Part shown: positions 28,045 through 37,294 of the stretch, in pieces
Layout of the letters: each line of letters opens with the position of its first letter
How positions within the stretch are numbered: the stretch's first letter is position 1
Assembly: GCA_964402565.1 (NCBI GenBank)
Contig: CAYOCJ010000001.1
Span: forward strand, 224,079 to 288,078
Length of the DNA stretch: 64,000 bases
Reading direction: 5' to 3'
From: an uncultured Gammaproteobacteria bacterium
Lineage (GTDB): Bacteria; Patescibacteriota; Patescibacteriia; UBA1558; 2-01-FULL-52-15
Notes under the pieces: generated by a model
What the model was told of the DNA's origin: nothing
What the model saw: the letters and a program-made list of their open reading frames with translations, nothing else
Database searches by the model: none
Position numbers and translations under genes: made by a program

Positions 28045-29875
28045 CAGCAGGAAAATAGATATGGATGCCGTGCGTGGCTCGAAATCAATTCCCCTGAAAA
28101 AAGTCAGTGCGAAGGATCAGTCCCGCGTTTCAGTGAGGGCTATGTCCTCAGATTTCGGTTCGTTCGGCAAGCGCCCCATTCCTGATGAATACAAAACGAT
28201 TGACCGTGGCCGCTCCGGCGGCTGGGGTTTTATTGTGTTTCTCTTTTTACTTTTTGCAGCCACGGCCGGAGGATTTTATTATTGGAACTCTCGACCGCCG
28301 GTCGTGCAAGGCGACAGTATGACACTTGCGGTCGACGGACCAAGCTCGCTGGTTTCAGGTTCAGCCATTACCTATACGCTTTCATACCAGAATAAAGATC
28401 TGGTAGCTATGAGAACGGTCGAGCTTGATGTTCAGTGGCCGGATGGTTTTTATTACGACAGCGCATCATCTGAGCCGACCGCAACTACGGCGACGACATG
28501 GAACCTCGGGCCTATGGATCCCGGCCAGACGAAAAAGCTTACGATCAAAGGCCAGCTCGTCGGGCTGAAGGATCAGAAACAAACGGCTGTTTTCAGAATG
28601 TCGTATCGGCCCGATAATATCAATTCTGATTTTGAAATTAAAAAAACGGTTGAAACAGTTATCTCCGATGCTCAGCTGGATATTGCACTTGATTCACCGT
28701 CAAAATTGCTCGCAGGCCAGCAAGTAACCTTTACTGCGACTATGAAGAACCTGACCGCTGATACGTTGACTGCGCTTGATATCGAAGCTATCTTGCCGAA
28801 AGATCTGGATCTAGTGAAGTCAGATCCAGCATTAACAGATGGACATTGGAAAGGTGATATAGCTGTCGATAAGCCTTTGGTGTTAACAATAGATGCCAAA
28901 GTTGGCGCTGATGCTGATGGACCGCAGTCCTGGATCATCGAGATCAACCAACAATCAAATGATCAGGCGAGGAAATTATTGCATCAGGAATTGCCGGTCA
29001 CGGTGGTAAAGCCGGATTTCGGCATTGATCTGAAGATCAATGGCCAAAGTTCAAGCTTTGATAGCGATTATGGCGAAGTATTGAATTACCAGGTGAAGGT
29101 TACCAATCAGAGCACATCGCCAATGACCGACGTGAAAGTCACGGCGCTTATGGACAGCGACGTGATTGACAGAAAAAATGTACAATCAACCGGCACTGCA
29201 TCGACTGACAGTATTACGTGGACAAAAGAACAGGTTCCTGCACTCGCGAGTTTGGATCCAGGAGCAGAAACGCTTATTTCATGGAAAGCGCCGTTATTGC
29301 AAAAGGGAACTGTCGGCCGCGCATCAGTCGATACATTGATCACCGTCGAACTGGAAGGTTTGCCGGACTGGAAGAAGACCTCATCAGTATTCGTGGTCTC
29401 TGTTGGCCAGGGTTTGGTATTCAACCAAGGCTTATACTGGAATTTAGCAGGTGAAAAAGTAGGCACCGGACAGCTGCCTCCAGTGACCAATGAAAAATCT
29501 GTGTACCTGGTCGTCTGGTCGCTTGATTCCGGCAGCCAGGATTTTGATACGGTCAGTGTTTCAGCATTCTTGCCCCCGAAGGTTACTTTTGTATCTACCG
29601 ATGATGTCGACGAAGGCACGTTGAAGTTCGATCCTGATACGAATCGGCTTGAGTGGCAGATCAATAATTTTTCAAGCAAGCTATTGCCGCTCAAGGCCAC
29701 CTTCAAAGTGAAACTGGTTCCGACAGACGAAGATAAAGGAACTATTATGCAGGTTTTGAATCCTGCAACGATCGTTGCTTCCGGCAAAGAGGTGTTTCAG
29801 ACCAAGAGTTTTGGCATTACCACGAGCCAGGTCGTTACTACCGAACCAGGCGATGTCGGCACTGTCATTGAATGA
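28037..29875 (+). CDS. Single-TM protein with tandem DUF11-like Ig domains
   Basis: One TM near N-terminus; repeated G..ITY.L.Y.N and LP.G patterns. Confidence 0.7.
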   Translation: MFSSRKIDMDAVRGSKSIPLKKVSAKDQSRVSVRAMSSDFGSFGKRPIPDEYKTIDRGRSGGWGFIVFLFLLFAATAGGFYYWNSRPPVVQGDSMTLAVDGPSSLVSGSAITYTLSYQNKDLVAMRTVELDVQWPDGFYYDSASSEPTATTATTWNLGPMDPGQTKKLTIKGQLVGLKDQKQTAVFRMSYRPDNINSDFEIKKTVETVISDAQLDIALDSPSKLLAGQQVTFTATMKNLTADTLTALDIEAILPKDLDLVKSDPALTDGHWKGDIAVDKPLVLTIDAKVGADADGPQSWIIEINQQSNDQARKLLHQELPVTVVKPDFGIDLKINGQSSSFDSDYGEVLNYQVKVTNQSTSPMTDVKVTALMDSDVIDRKNVQSTGTASTDSITWTKEQVPALASLDPGAETLISWKAPLLQKGTVGRASVDTLITVELEGLPDWKKTSSVFVVSVGQGLVFNQGLYWNLAGEKVGTGQLPPVTNEKSVYLVVWSLDSGSQDFDTVSVSAFLPPKVTFVSTDDVDEGTLKFDPDTNRLEWQINNFSSKLLPLKATFKVKLVPTDEDKGTIMQVLNPATIVASGKEVFQTKSFGITTSQVVTTEPGDVGTVIE

Positions 29876-30972
29876 CACACTTTAGGCTACAAAAAGGTGC
29901 TACAAAAAGCCTTGGCCGACATGGCATTCTTGCTACCGCTCACGGCAGCATTCACACGCCATTTTTCATGCCGATAGCGACCAAGGCTGCAGTGAAAACA
30001 TTGGAAGTTTCTGACGTAAAAGATCTTGGAGCGGAAATAATTTTAAGCAATACCTACCACAACTTGGTACAGCCCGGACTTGAAGTGATCAAGAAATTCG
30101 GAGGGCTTCATGGCTTCATGAAAAGCAGCTTGCCCATCCTGACCGATTCTGGAGGATTTCAAATTTTTAGCCTGTCGAAGCTTCGTAAGATCGATCCAAA
30201 TGGCGTCACCTTCCAGTCGCATGTTGACGGGAGAAAGCTGCGCATAACTCCGGAAGAATCGATCCGTATCCAGGCAGCTCTTGGTTCAGATATCATGATG
30301 GCATTCGATCACTTTCCCGGATTTCCCGCAACACGAAAGCAGGCTGAGCATGCGGTGGCGCTTACAACAGAATGGGCGAAGCGCTGTATAGCAGAAAAGA
30401 AAAAACTTGAAAAGAAAAATCCCAAAATCAAAAAGCAATTATTATTTGGCATTGTACAAGGATTGACGTTCAGGGATTTGCGAGAAAAGTCTGCAGAGGA
30501 GTTAACGGCATTGTCTTTCGACGGTTACGCGGTCGGCGGGCTCGCCGTCGGCGAGCCCGCCGCAGAGATGTACAAAGTACTTGAGTACACCGTACCGCTT
30601 TTGCCGGAACATAAACCGCGCTACCTTATGGGCGTCGGGTATCCGGATAATATAGTGGAAGCAGTGCGGCGAGGAATTGATATGTTTGACTGTGTCATCC
30701 CGACGCGAGAGGGGAGACACGGGCGTTTATTCATTTGGAAGAAAAAAAATCTGAAAGGTTCATTTTACGATACGCTTAATATTACGAATGCAACATTCAA
30801 AAAAGATGTGAAGCCGATCGATATACAGTGTGATTGCCCTGTGTGCTCGAAGTATTCGCGCGCGTATATACATCATTTATTCAAAACAGGGGAGCCGCTC
30901 GGTCTGAAATTGGCAACGATGCACAATGTGAGGTTTTATTTGCAATTACTGCAGATATTGAGATCAGTGTAA
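29872..30972 (+). CDS. tgt: tRNA-guanine transglycosylase
   Basis: TPFFMP, NTYH, TDSGGFQ, DMFDCVIPTR, CDC..C..H Zn site. Confidence 0.97.
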   Translation: MTHFRLQKGATKSLGRHGILATAHGSIHTPFFMPIATKAAVKTLEVSDVKDLGAEIILSNTYHNLVQPGLEVIKKFGGLHGFMKSSLPILTDSGGFQIFSLSKLRKIDPNGVTFQSHVDGRKLRITPEESIRIQAALGSDIMMAFDHFPGFPATRKQAEHAVALTTEWAKRCIAEKKKLEKKNPKIKKQLLFGIVQGLTFRDLREKSAEELTALSFDGYAVGGLAVGEPAAEMYKVLEYTVPLLPEHKPRYLMGVGYPDNIVEAVRRGIDMFDCVIPTREGRHGRLFIWKKKNLKGSFYDTLNITNATFKKDVKPIDIQCDCPVCSKYSRAYIHHLFKTGEPLGLKLATMHNVRFYLQLLQILRSV

Positions 30973-31124
30973 TGTGAACTTGCAAAAACCAAACAAGGTA
31001 CGTTTGTTGAAAATTGACTTTTCTTCCATCTATAGTAGCCTCAGTACTTATTGAGCCTTGGCTCATTTTGTCATTTAACCATCCATAAAAGGAGGATTTC
31101 AGTGGAAGGCGCCGGAGCCGGAGC

Positions 31125-31286
31125 ATGAAGCAGCGTTATGTATTCTGGATTCCCAGCCTGAACCGCAGAGAGCTAAAAGTAATCGCGTTGATAACGATCG
31201 TTAGCGCAATCGGCGTCGCTGCCGCAATGGGCCTGATCATGGCTATCGAGTATATTCTCGGGGCAATGCATTACCCGCTCCGCTAG
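31125..31286 (+). CDS. Small 1-TM ORFan, 53 aa (unit 1; absent from ORF track)
   Basis: MKQRYVFWIPSLNRRELKVIALITIVSAIGVAAAMGLIMAIEYILGAMHYPLR; ATG overlaps stop of an SD-led mini-ORF 31102-31128. Confidence 0.6.
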   Translation: MKQRYVFWIPSLNRRELKVIALITIVSAIGVAAAMGLIMAIEYILGAMHYPLR

Positions 31287-31298
31287 AAGGAGGTCTTG

Positions 31299-31526
31299 AT
31301 GGACAATGTGAGTATTTTTGTCCCGCGCCCAAAACCGCCGCAACTTCTCATCACGCTTCAGCGATGCATCGGATTCGTCATGACAGCCTTTTTCTGCACA
31401 GTCATGACAGCTTCGGTGCCGGCTTTTCTGTACCACTGCATGACGAAGCGTCCTCAGATGCTTCTCGCCTCCTTTGAGAAAAAGGAGAGGGGCTTGGGAT
31501 TTCCGAGACCGAGCAAAGCTGCATGA
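31299..31526 (+). CDS. Small 1-TM ORFan (unit 1)
   Basis: AAGGAGG 5 nt before ATG; hydrophobic core; terminator 31555-31599. Confidence 0.65.
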   Translation: MDNVSIFVPRPKPPQLLITLQRCIGFVMTAFFCTVMTASVPAFLYHCMTKRPQMLLASFEKKERGLGFPRPSKAA

Positions 31527-31641
31527 GCGATCGTCAGTGATCAAAAGAAATAGAGGGCCGCAGTGCAATGAACAAAACGCACGCGGCTCTTTTCTTTTTA
31601 GAAAATATTGACTTTTATGTTAGTTTGTGCTATTCTTACTA

Positions 31642-31765
31642 TGTCGTCAAAAAGGCGACAAAAAAATATCGGTGACACCAAAGTTGCCGAACGAAGCGCG
31701 TTAAGGAGCGAGTCTCACGAGACGCGCTTCAACAATTTTAGGCACGCCTCAAGGGGCGTGTTTTG
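31642..31765 (+). ncRNA. Candidate sRNA (four hairpins)
   Basis: TTGACT(31608)-N17-TATTCT(31631); hairpins TGTCGTC/GGCGACA, TCGGTGAC/GTTGCCGA, GAAGCGCGT/ACGCGCTTC; terminator CACGCCTC/GGGGCGTG-TTTT. Confidence 0.55.
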
Positions 31766-31781
31766 TGATATACTGTTGACA

Positions 31782-32168
31782 ATGATACAGCAAAACATTG
31801 TGGTACTGAGCATCAAGTCGATCGCCATCGATATTGTTGGTGATGTATTATATTTCCCGATCTGGTGGTACACGACTGGGTTGAAGCATATCGTCATGAA
31901 TCGAATCCGGAGCCTCGAAGGCATGTCGGATCAATTGGCGCTTCGGTTATTGCTACTGAATATTTTCAAGCCAATGTTCGCACAAAGCGATAGCGCAGGC
32001 CGCATTATCAGTTTTTTCATGCGTATCGTTATTTTGATCGCACGATCGATTTTTTTCTTTGTGTTCTCGATGTTGCAGATGCTCATTATTTTGATTTGGA
32101 TCGGCTTGCCAGTTCTTATTTTTTATCGTTTAGAAGTTATTTATTTGGGTGGCTATGCCAGGATCTAG
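31782..32168 (+). CDS. Small membrane protein upstream of Clp ATPase
   Basis: YFPIWWYT.G, FKPMFAQ.D..GRIISFFMR; leaderless-type TGnTATACT-N7-ATG. Confidence 0.75.
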   Translation: MIQQNIVVLSIKSIAIDIVGDVLYFPIWWYTTGLKHIVMNRIRSLEGMSDQLALRLLLLNIFKPMFAQSDSAGRIISFFMRIVILIARSIFFFVFSMLQMLIILIWIGLPVLIFYRLEVIYLGGYARI

Positions 32169-34863
32169 TGAAACGCGACAAGCTGTGTTCACCCAATGCC
32201 CGGTTTGCAATGGCACTGGCCTGATAAACCATATCAAGCGATGCAGCGAATGCAGGGGTTTCGGTTTTTACGCGGTGACGAAGAAGGATCTGCTTTTTTG
32301 GGATTATCGCCTGGATGCTTTACATATCATTTTGAGGGAGTGGAATTCATTCGTGCAAAAAACGATCAATGGCATCTTGATCGTTTTACTCCTGGTGAAT
32401 TTGTTTGTGCTCTATGAGATCGGCCATTTGGTGGCATTCGACGCCGAGCAATGGCTCAGCATGATTTTTTTATCGCCAAGCTGGGCTGTAGGTCCGTTCT
32501 GGCTTTTGGCAGTCCCGAATGTGTATTTGTTTTATCGCCTGTACCGGTCGAAGACGTCAGTCGCCGGCAAGATCATCAGCGGTAAAGAGGCGGCCATCGC
32601 AAAACCAGCAAAAATTAATATCGCGGATGTGCTGGATCCGCATGTGGTAAAACTTCTTGATGAAGCGTGGCCGTATGCGATGAAAGCAGGGCAGCTGCCA
32701 ATTCGACCATTGCAGCTTTTCGGCTTAACGCTTGAGCACAAGGATATCATCATGATCCTGGCTCGCCTTGGATTGCCTGAAGAAATTTTGCTTGAAGCAA
32801 TCAAGCGCCAGATCGCATACTATCCGCCATTGAAAGGCGATGATGCAATAAGCGACACAGTAAAAAATATTATGCTGAACGCGTATCTGACTGCATGGCA
32901 GGATCATGCGGTGAAAGTGCGCATCACTGATGTTTTTTTAGCCGCCATACTTGCCGACGATAAGTTACAGGAAATTCTCTATGACATGTCAGTTGATCTT
33001 GATAAGGTTCATAATGTCATTGCGTGGGTAAATTTCAATAATAAATTGATCGAACATTACGGGCGATACCGTTCGAGGTCGGTTAATAAGCCGAAAGGCC
33101 CGATCAATCGCTCATATACCGCAGCGGCAACGCCGATCTTGGATTCATACAGTACCGATCTGACGCAGGCTGCGCGGAGCGGCCAATTGCCGCTGACTGT
33201 TGCCAGAGAAAAAGAGATAGAGGAGATCTTTCGCGTGATGGAGGGCGGTCGAAGTGTCTTATTGGTCGGTGAGAAAGGCGTTGGAAAAAGCAATATCATC
33301 GAAGGTCTCGCAAATCAAATGGCCGCAGAGGATGTGCCGCCATTACTGCAGGATAAGCGGCTGGTCAGCTTGTCCCTTCCGTTTTTGGTCGCTGGCGCTT
33401 CGCAGACCGGTGAAGTACAGGAGCGCATGCTCATGGTGATTCAGGAAGTGCTTCGCTCAGGAAATATCATTTTGGTCATTGAGGATATCCATAATCTGGT
33501 CGGCGTTAGCTCTGCGGGCACGGAGCATATCGATCTTTCTGAAGTCTTAGCACAGTCAGTTCAGAACAGAGGAGTCTGGGTCATTGCAACGACCACGCCG
33601 CGCGATATGACCGAACTGATAGAGGGCAGCGCTCTCATGGGTGCGCTCGAACGCGTGCCTATCGTAGAGCCGGCAAAGAATCAGGCGATCCAGATACTCG
33701 AATCCCAGGTCGGTTTTGTCGAAGCGAAATATAAAACTTTTTTTACCTATGAATCCCTAGAAAAATTGATCGACCTGTCAGGCCGCTATTTGCACGATCA
33801 ATTTTTACCGGCCAAGGCAGTGGATCTCATGAATGAAGTCGGAGCATGGATCGCGCAGCGCGAGAATAAGGTCGTGACCGGAGAAGATATAGCAACGCTT
33901 GTTTCACACAAAACAAATATTCCTCTGACGCAGGTCAGCAAGAAGGAATCGACCGTGCTCATGAATCTTGACCAGCTCATGCATGAGCGCGTGATCGGAC
34001 AGGATGAGGCGGTAAAATTAGTTGTCGCAGCGCTGAGGCGCGCACGCGCAGAATTGAGGGATGAAAAGCGGCCGATCGTTAACCTGCTCTTTTTGGGCCC
34101 TACCGGAGTCGGTAAAACTGAGCTCGCTAAAACAGTAGCAGAGACGTATTTCGGCAATGAAAATTCTATGGTGCGGCTGGATATGAGCGAATACCAGCAT
34201 CAGGACTCGATCGCGAGGCTTCTGGGCGTACCTGGCAGCAATCGCGGAGGATTATTGACCGAAGCGATACGCAAGACGCCATTCGCCGTTTTATTGCTCG
34301 ACGAAATTGAAAAAGCGCATCCGGATATTTTGAATATTTTCCTGCAGGTGATGGATGACGGACGCCTCACTGATAGTTTGGGTAGGACCATTGATTTTAC
34401 GAATGTGATCTTGATCGCCACATCGAATGCCGGCGCTCAGTTCATCCAGGACGAAGTGCAGAAAGGAACGCCGGTCGAGCAGATCCAGGATGCGCTGCTT
34501 CGCGGCGGGAAGCTGCGCGAAATTTTCAGACCAGAATTCCTGAACCGTTTTGACGGGACTGTTGTGTTCAAGCCATTGACGCAGGAAGAGATCTTCCAGG
34601 TGGCAGGATTGATGCTCAATGGTGTGGCAAAGCGCTTGCTCGTGAAGGGTATTACGCTCACCGTGACGCCCGAAGCTCAGTCAGAGCTTGCCAAAGCCGG
34701 TTTTGATCCTATTTTCGGCGCCCGCCCGCTTCGCCGCATTGTGCAGGAAAAAGTAGACAATGCATTAGCGAACTATTTATTGACCGGCGAGATCGGCCGG
34801 AGAGATGAAGTGATATTCGACGTCGGCGGGCAGATACGCGTAGACAAAGCTCAGAAATTGTGA
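32155..34863 (+). CDS. ClpA/B/C-family AAA+ ATPase with N-terminal CxxCxGxG Zn finger and TM helices
   Basis: GEKGVGKS and GPTGVGKT Walker A motifs, LDMSEY, DEIEKAH, FRPEFLNR, GARPLRR. Confidence 0.92.
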   Translation: MPGSSETRQAVFTQCPVCNGTGLINHIKRCSECRGFGFYAVTKKDLLFWDYRLDALHIILREWNSFVQKTINGILIVLLLVNLFVLYEIGHLVAFDAEQWLSMIFLSPSWAVGPFWLLAVPNVYLFYRLYRSKTSVAGKIISGKEAAIAKPAKINIADVLDPHVVKLLDEAWPYAMKAGQLPIRPLQLFGLTLEHKDIIMILARLGLPEEILLEAIKRQIAYYPPLKGDDAISDTVKNIMLNAYLTAWQDHAVKVRITDVFLAAILADDKLQEILYDMSVDLDKVHNVIAWVNFNNKLIEHYGRYRSRSVNKPKGPINRSYTAAATPILDSYSTDLTQAARSGQLPLTVAREKEIEEIFRVMEGGRSVLLVGEKGVGKSNIIEGLANQMAAEDVPPLLQDKRLVSLSLPFLVAGASQTGEVQERMLMVIQEVLRSGNIILVIEDIHNLVGVSSAGTEHIDLSEVLAQSVQNRGVWVIATTTPRDMTELIEGSALMGALERVPIVEPAKNQAIQILESQVGFVEAKYKTFFTYESLEKLIDLSGRYLHDQFLPAKAVDLMNEVGAWIAQRENKVVTGEDIATLVSHKTNIPLTQVSKKESTVLMNLDQLMHERVIGQDEAVKLVVAALRRARAELRDEKRPIVNLLFLGPTGVGKTELAKTVAETYFGNENSMVRLDMSEYQHQDSIARLLGVPGSNRGGLLTEAIRKTPFAVLLLDEIEKAHPDILNIFLQVMDDGRLTDSLGRTIDFTNVILIATSNAGAQFIQDEVQKGTPVEQIQDALLRGGKLREIFRPEFLNRFDGTVVFKPLTQEEIFQVAGLMLNGVAKRLLVKGITLTVTPEAQSELAKAGFDPIFGARPLRRIVQEKVDNALANYLLTGEIGRRDEVIFDVGGQIRVDKAQKL

Positions 34864-35981
34864 GAGCGACTCATGACCATAAGAGAGTTTTCCTGCTGCT
34901 GAGTTTGTTGGCTTTTGCTTTGGCTTTGCAGCAACGCATCGTATTGTCTTCGCACATACCGCTCAATGTCGATGAGTCAATGGTATTGCATGAGGTGCAG
35001 CTCATGCATGGCTTGCCGGTTCATTTCATAGGATACGGATGGGGTGAAAATGTTCTTCTTGCATATCTTGCGTTGCCATTCATTCGATCAGGACTCGATC
35101 CATTAGCAGTGCTGCGATGTATCGTGTGTATCGCAAGCATTGTTACTCTTTTACTTACGGCGCACATAGCGAGACGCTGGTTCGGAGACTGGGTAGGCGT
35201 CGCAACTTTTTTCATAGGCGCGCTATGGCCATGGAGCGTTGCTTCAGGGAGCGTTGCATTCAACGTTTTTTTGACAGTGCCCATGTTGCTGGGAGCCGGG
35301 CTGCTTTTCGAATACTATATTCGCTCGAAAAAAATAGCAGCAGCCATTGGTTCGGGCGCACTTATTGGTTTTGCAACGTATGGGTATGCGATGGTTTTTA
35401 TATGGGGCTTATTTTTTTTCGGGGCATGCTTCTACGTTGCATGTAAAAAAAATTTGCTTCCTGGCTGGTGGTGGATGGCTGGTGTTTGTTGCATCATCGC
35501 ATTTCCAATGCTGCTTTTTTATGCAAAAAATTCTTTCGGCGCTTCGATCCCGGAAGCTCTCGGACCGCTGCAATTCCCGACTCTGACCGCTTCACGGTTC
35601 GGAAATATTATCGTGGGCGGCGGCTTTCTTCAAAAAGCAGGATCGTATGTATGGAATTATTTTTCCCACTTTAATTTCTTTTTATTAAGTGTCGGGCTTT
35701 TTTCACACCGCTATAGCTCGTACTTCTCCTATGGATGGGACCCATTTCTGATCTATCTCGCTCTCTGGCAGCTGCTGTCCACAAAAAAAATGCCGGCCAT
35801 CATGGCATTTTGGCTATGCACCTATCCGCTGGCTTCCAGCATTACCAGAGTCGACGGCATCTTTGCTTTGACGCGTGACGTCATAGGTATGCCGGTTCTG
35901 ATCATGCTCTCAGCATATGGTGCGGTATTTTTGATCCGGGCAATGTCCAAATTTTTTAAATTCGATCGAATTTTTCGTTAA
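34860..35981 (+). CDS. ArnT/PMT-like GT-C membrane protein
   Basis: VDE after first TM; many TMs. Confidence 0.65.
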   Translation: MRATHDHKRVFLLLSLLAFALALQQRIVLSSHIPLNVDESMVLHEVQLMHGLPVHFIGYGWGENVLLAYLALPFIRSGLDPLAVLRCIVCIASIVTLLLTAHIARRWFGDWVGVATFFIGALWPWSVASGSVAFNVFLTVPMLLGAGLLFEYYIRSKKIAAAIGSGALIGFATYGYAMVFIWGLFFFGACFYVACKKNLLPGWWWMAGVCCIIAFPMLLFYAKNSFGASIPEALGPLQFPTLTASRFGNIIVGGGFLQKAGSYVWNYFSHFNFFLLSVGLFSHRYSSYFSYGWDPFLIYLALWQLLSTKKMPAIMAFWLCTYPLASSITRVDGIFALTRDVIGMPVLIMLSAYGAVFLIRAMSKFFKFDRIFR

Positions 35982-36036
35982 AGCAAAACCGCCCTTAGCG
36001 CACGACGTTTGTCGTGGCCTCGGGCGGTATGAGTCA

Positions 36037-36330
36037 TCAGGTAGCGACGTGAGACTTCGAGGCTTGAAACGCTTGTTCAGCCTCAAGTATGTGAAGCTCG
36101 CTCTGGAGATCTTGTTTTCGCGAAAGCAGGAATGCTCCGAGGAGGATAAGATACAAGCCGCCGATAACCCCAAAGATCATATAGGGCGAATCGACAACGG
36201 GAGCAAACACGGTCGCAGCTGCGGCTATGATCGCGCCGAGCTTGAAGCTGCAGCTTCCGGCAACATTGTTGATTAGCATCCTGCGGTTCGCTTTTCGTAT
36301 CTGCTCTTCGAGCGGCAAGGTTTGTTTCAT
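36037..36330 (-). CDS. 2-TM ORFan (unit 2)
   Basis: MKQTLPLEEQ..; ATGA-coupled to upstream gene; terminator 35986-36030. Confidence 0.65.
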   Translation of the reverse strand: MKQTLPLEEQIRKANRRMLINNVAGSCSFKLGAIIAAAATVFAPVVDSPYMIFGVIGGLYLILLGAFLLSRKQDLQSELHILEAEQAFQASKSHVAT

Positions 36331-36608
36331 AGGCGCGTTTTGCCGCAGGCACAGAACCTGGGATTGAGTTCGCGGTCTTGTCGTTCGAGCGAATCGATCC
36401 TGTAGTAGGCGTACACGCCCATGACTGCGAGGACCGTAGCAAATGCCAGGCGGAAGCGGACCTGAGGTGCGGTCATAGGCACGAACGAGGGCCACACGAT
36501 GTACAAGGCTATCATGATGAAGCAATACGCGCTGATGGACAACCCTCCGAGTCCGAAGAGATAGGCAAGGCTCAGTTTACGTCTGACGCTTTTGGCTTTG
36601 GCATCCAT
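36327..36608 (-). CDS. 2-TM ORFan (unit 2)
   Basis: AGGAGG 5 nt before ATG (MDAKAK..); alternative coupled ATG at 36632. Confidence 0.65.
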   Translation of the reverse strand: MDAKAKSVRRKLSLAYLFGLGGLSISAYCFIMIALYIVWPSFVPMTAPQVRFRLAFATVLAVMGVYAYYRIDSLERQDRELNPRFCACGKTRL

Positions 36609-36628
36609 GGCGGCCTCCTGGTTTTTGT

Positions 36629-36892
36629 TCATGAAACTTCTTTGCGCTCTTCTGCGCGTCTCTCGATCATCAACCCGAGGATCCGGTCCGCGATCACCTG
36701 CGGAGTTTGGCTTTTGTAGTCGAAAGCATACGCGAAGCCGTATTCGATGCCCATTTGAAGTCCGGCAGCGAGCACATCGCTTTCCGGGAACCCCAGGGCT
36801 CTGAGCTTATCGCCGAGCTTGTCGGCTTCAGAGCACATTGCCTCGTGTTGTTCAGCGGGCATAAAGAGGCTTTTTGGGACCTTGGTCACCAT
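36629..36892 (-). CDS. Small helical ORFan (unit 2)
   Basis: AAGGAG SD; resembles upstream gene. Confidence 0.7.
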   Translation of the reverse strand: MVTKVPKSLFMPAEQHEAMCSEADKLGDKLRALGFPESDVLAAGLQMGIEYGFAYAFDYKSQTPQVIADRILGLMIERRAEERKEVS

Positions 36893-37161
36893 CGGATCTC
36901 TCCTTGTGTTGAAGCGCGTTTGCTTTTTTTGGATGCGATCGCGCGGCGGATATCGACTGCAACGTTCTCGGGCGAGTATCGTTCGAAACCCATGATGCGG
37001 GCGATGCCGGCTTGTGCCGCGAATTGCGCTAATGCTTCATTGATCTCATGCTCGGTGCAGCCGAGCCTTTTCAGCTCATCTGAGAGCCAGTCTCCTTTAT
37101 TGCGTATATCCTGTCCGAAATCCTTGTTCAGGCCCAGAGCCCGGAGCAATTCTACGCTCAT
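36886..37161 (-). CDS. Small helical ORFan (unit 2, first gene)
   Basis: AAAGGAG 6 nt before ATG (MSVELL..); promoter TTGACA(37235-30)-N18-TAAGCT. Confidence 0.7.
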   Translation of the reverse strand: MSVELLRALGLNKDFGQDIRNKGDWLSDELKRLGCTEHEINEALAQFAAQAGIARIMGFERYSPENVAVDIRRAIASKKSKRASTQGEIRW

Positions 37162-37294
37162 CGCATACTCCTTTTTTGATTGTGAATAGTACGAAATACA
37201 CCGCAAGCTTAGTTGAGACTAACCGGCTTTGTCAATCTTATTGGGTTGCAAACAATATAAATTTTAGTTATACTAGGCTTTGTTTATAGCATCT

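Noticed and set aside
31608-31781. N-terminal extension of the 186-aa ORF
   Set aside because: Starts in a -35 box and crosses a terminator; a -10 box precedes ATG 31782
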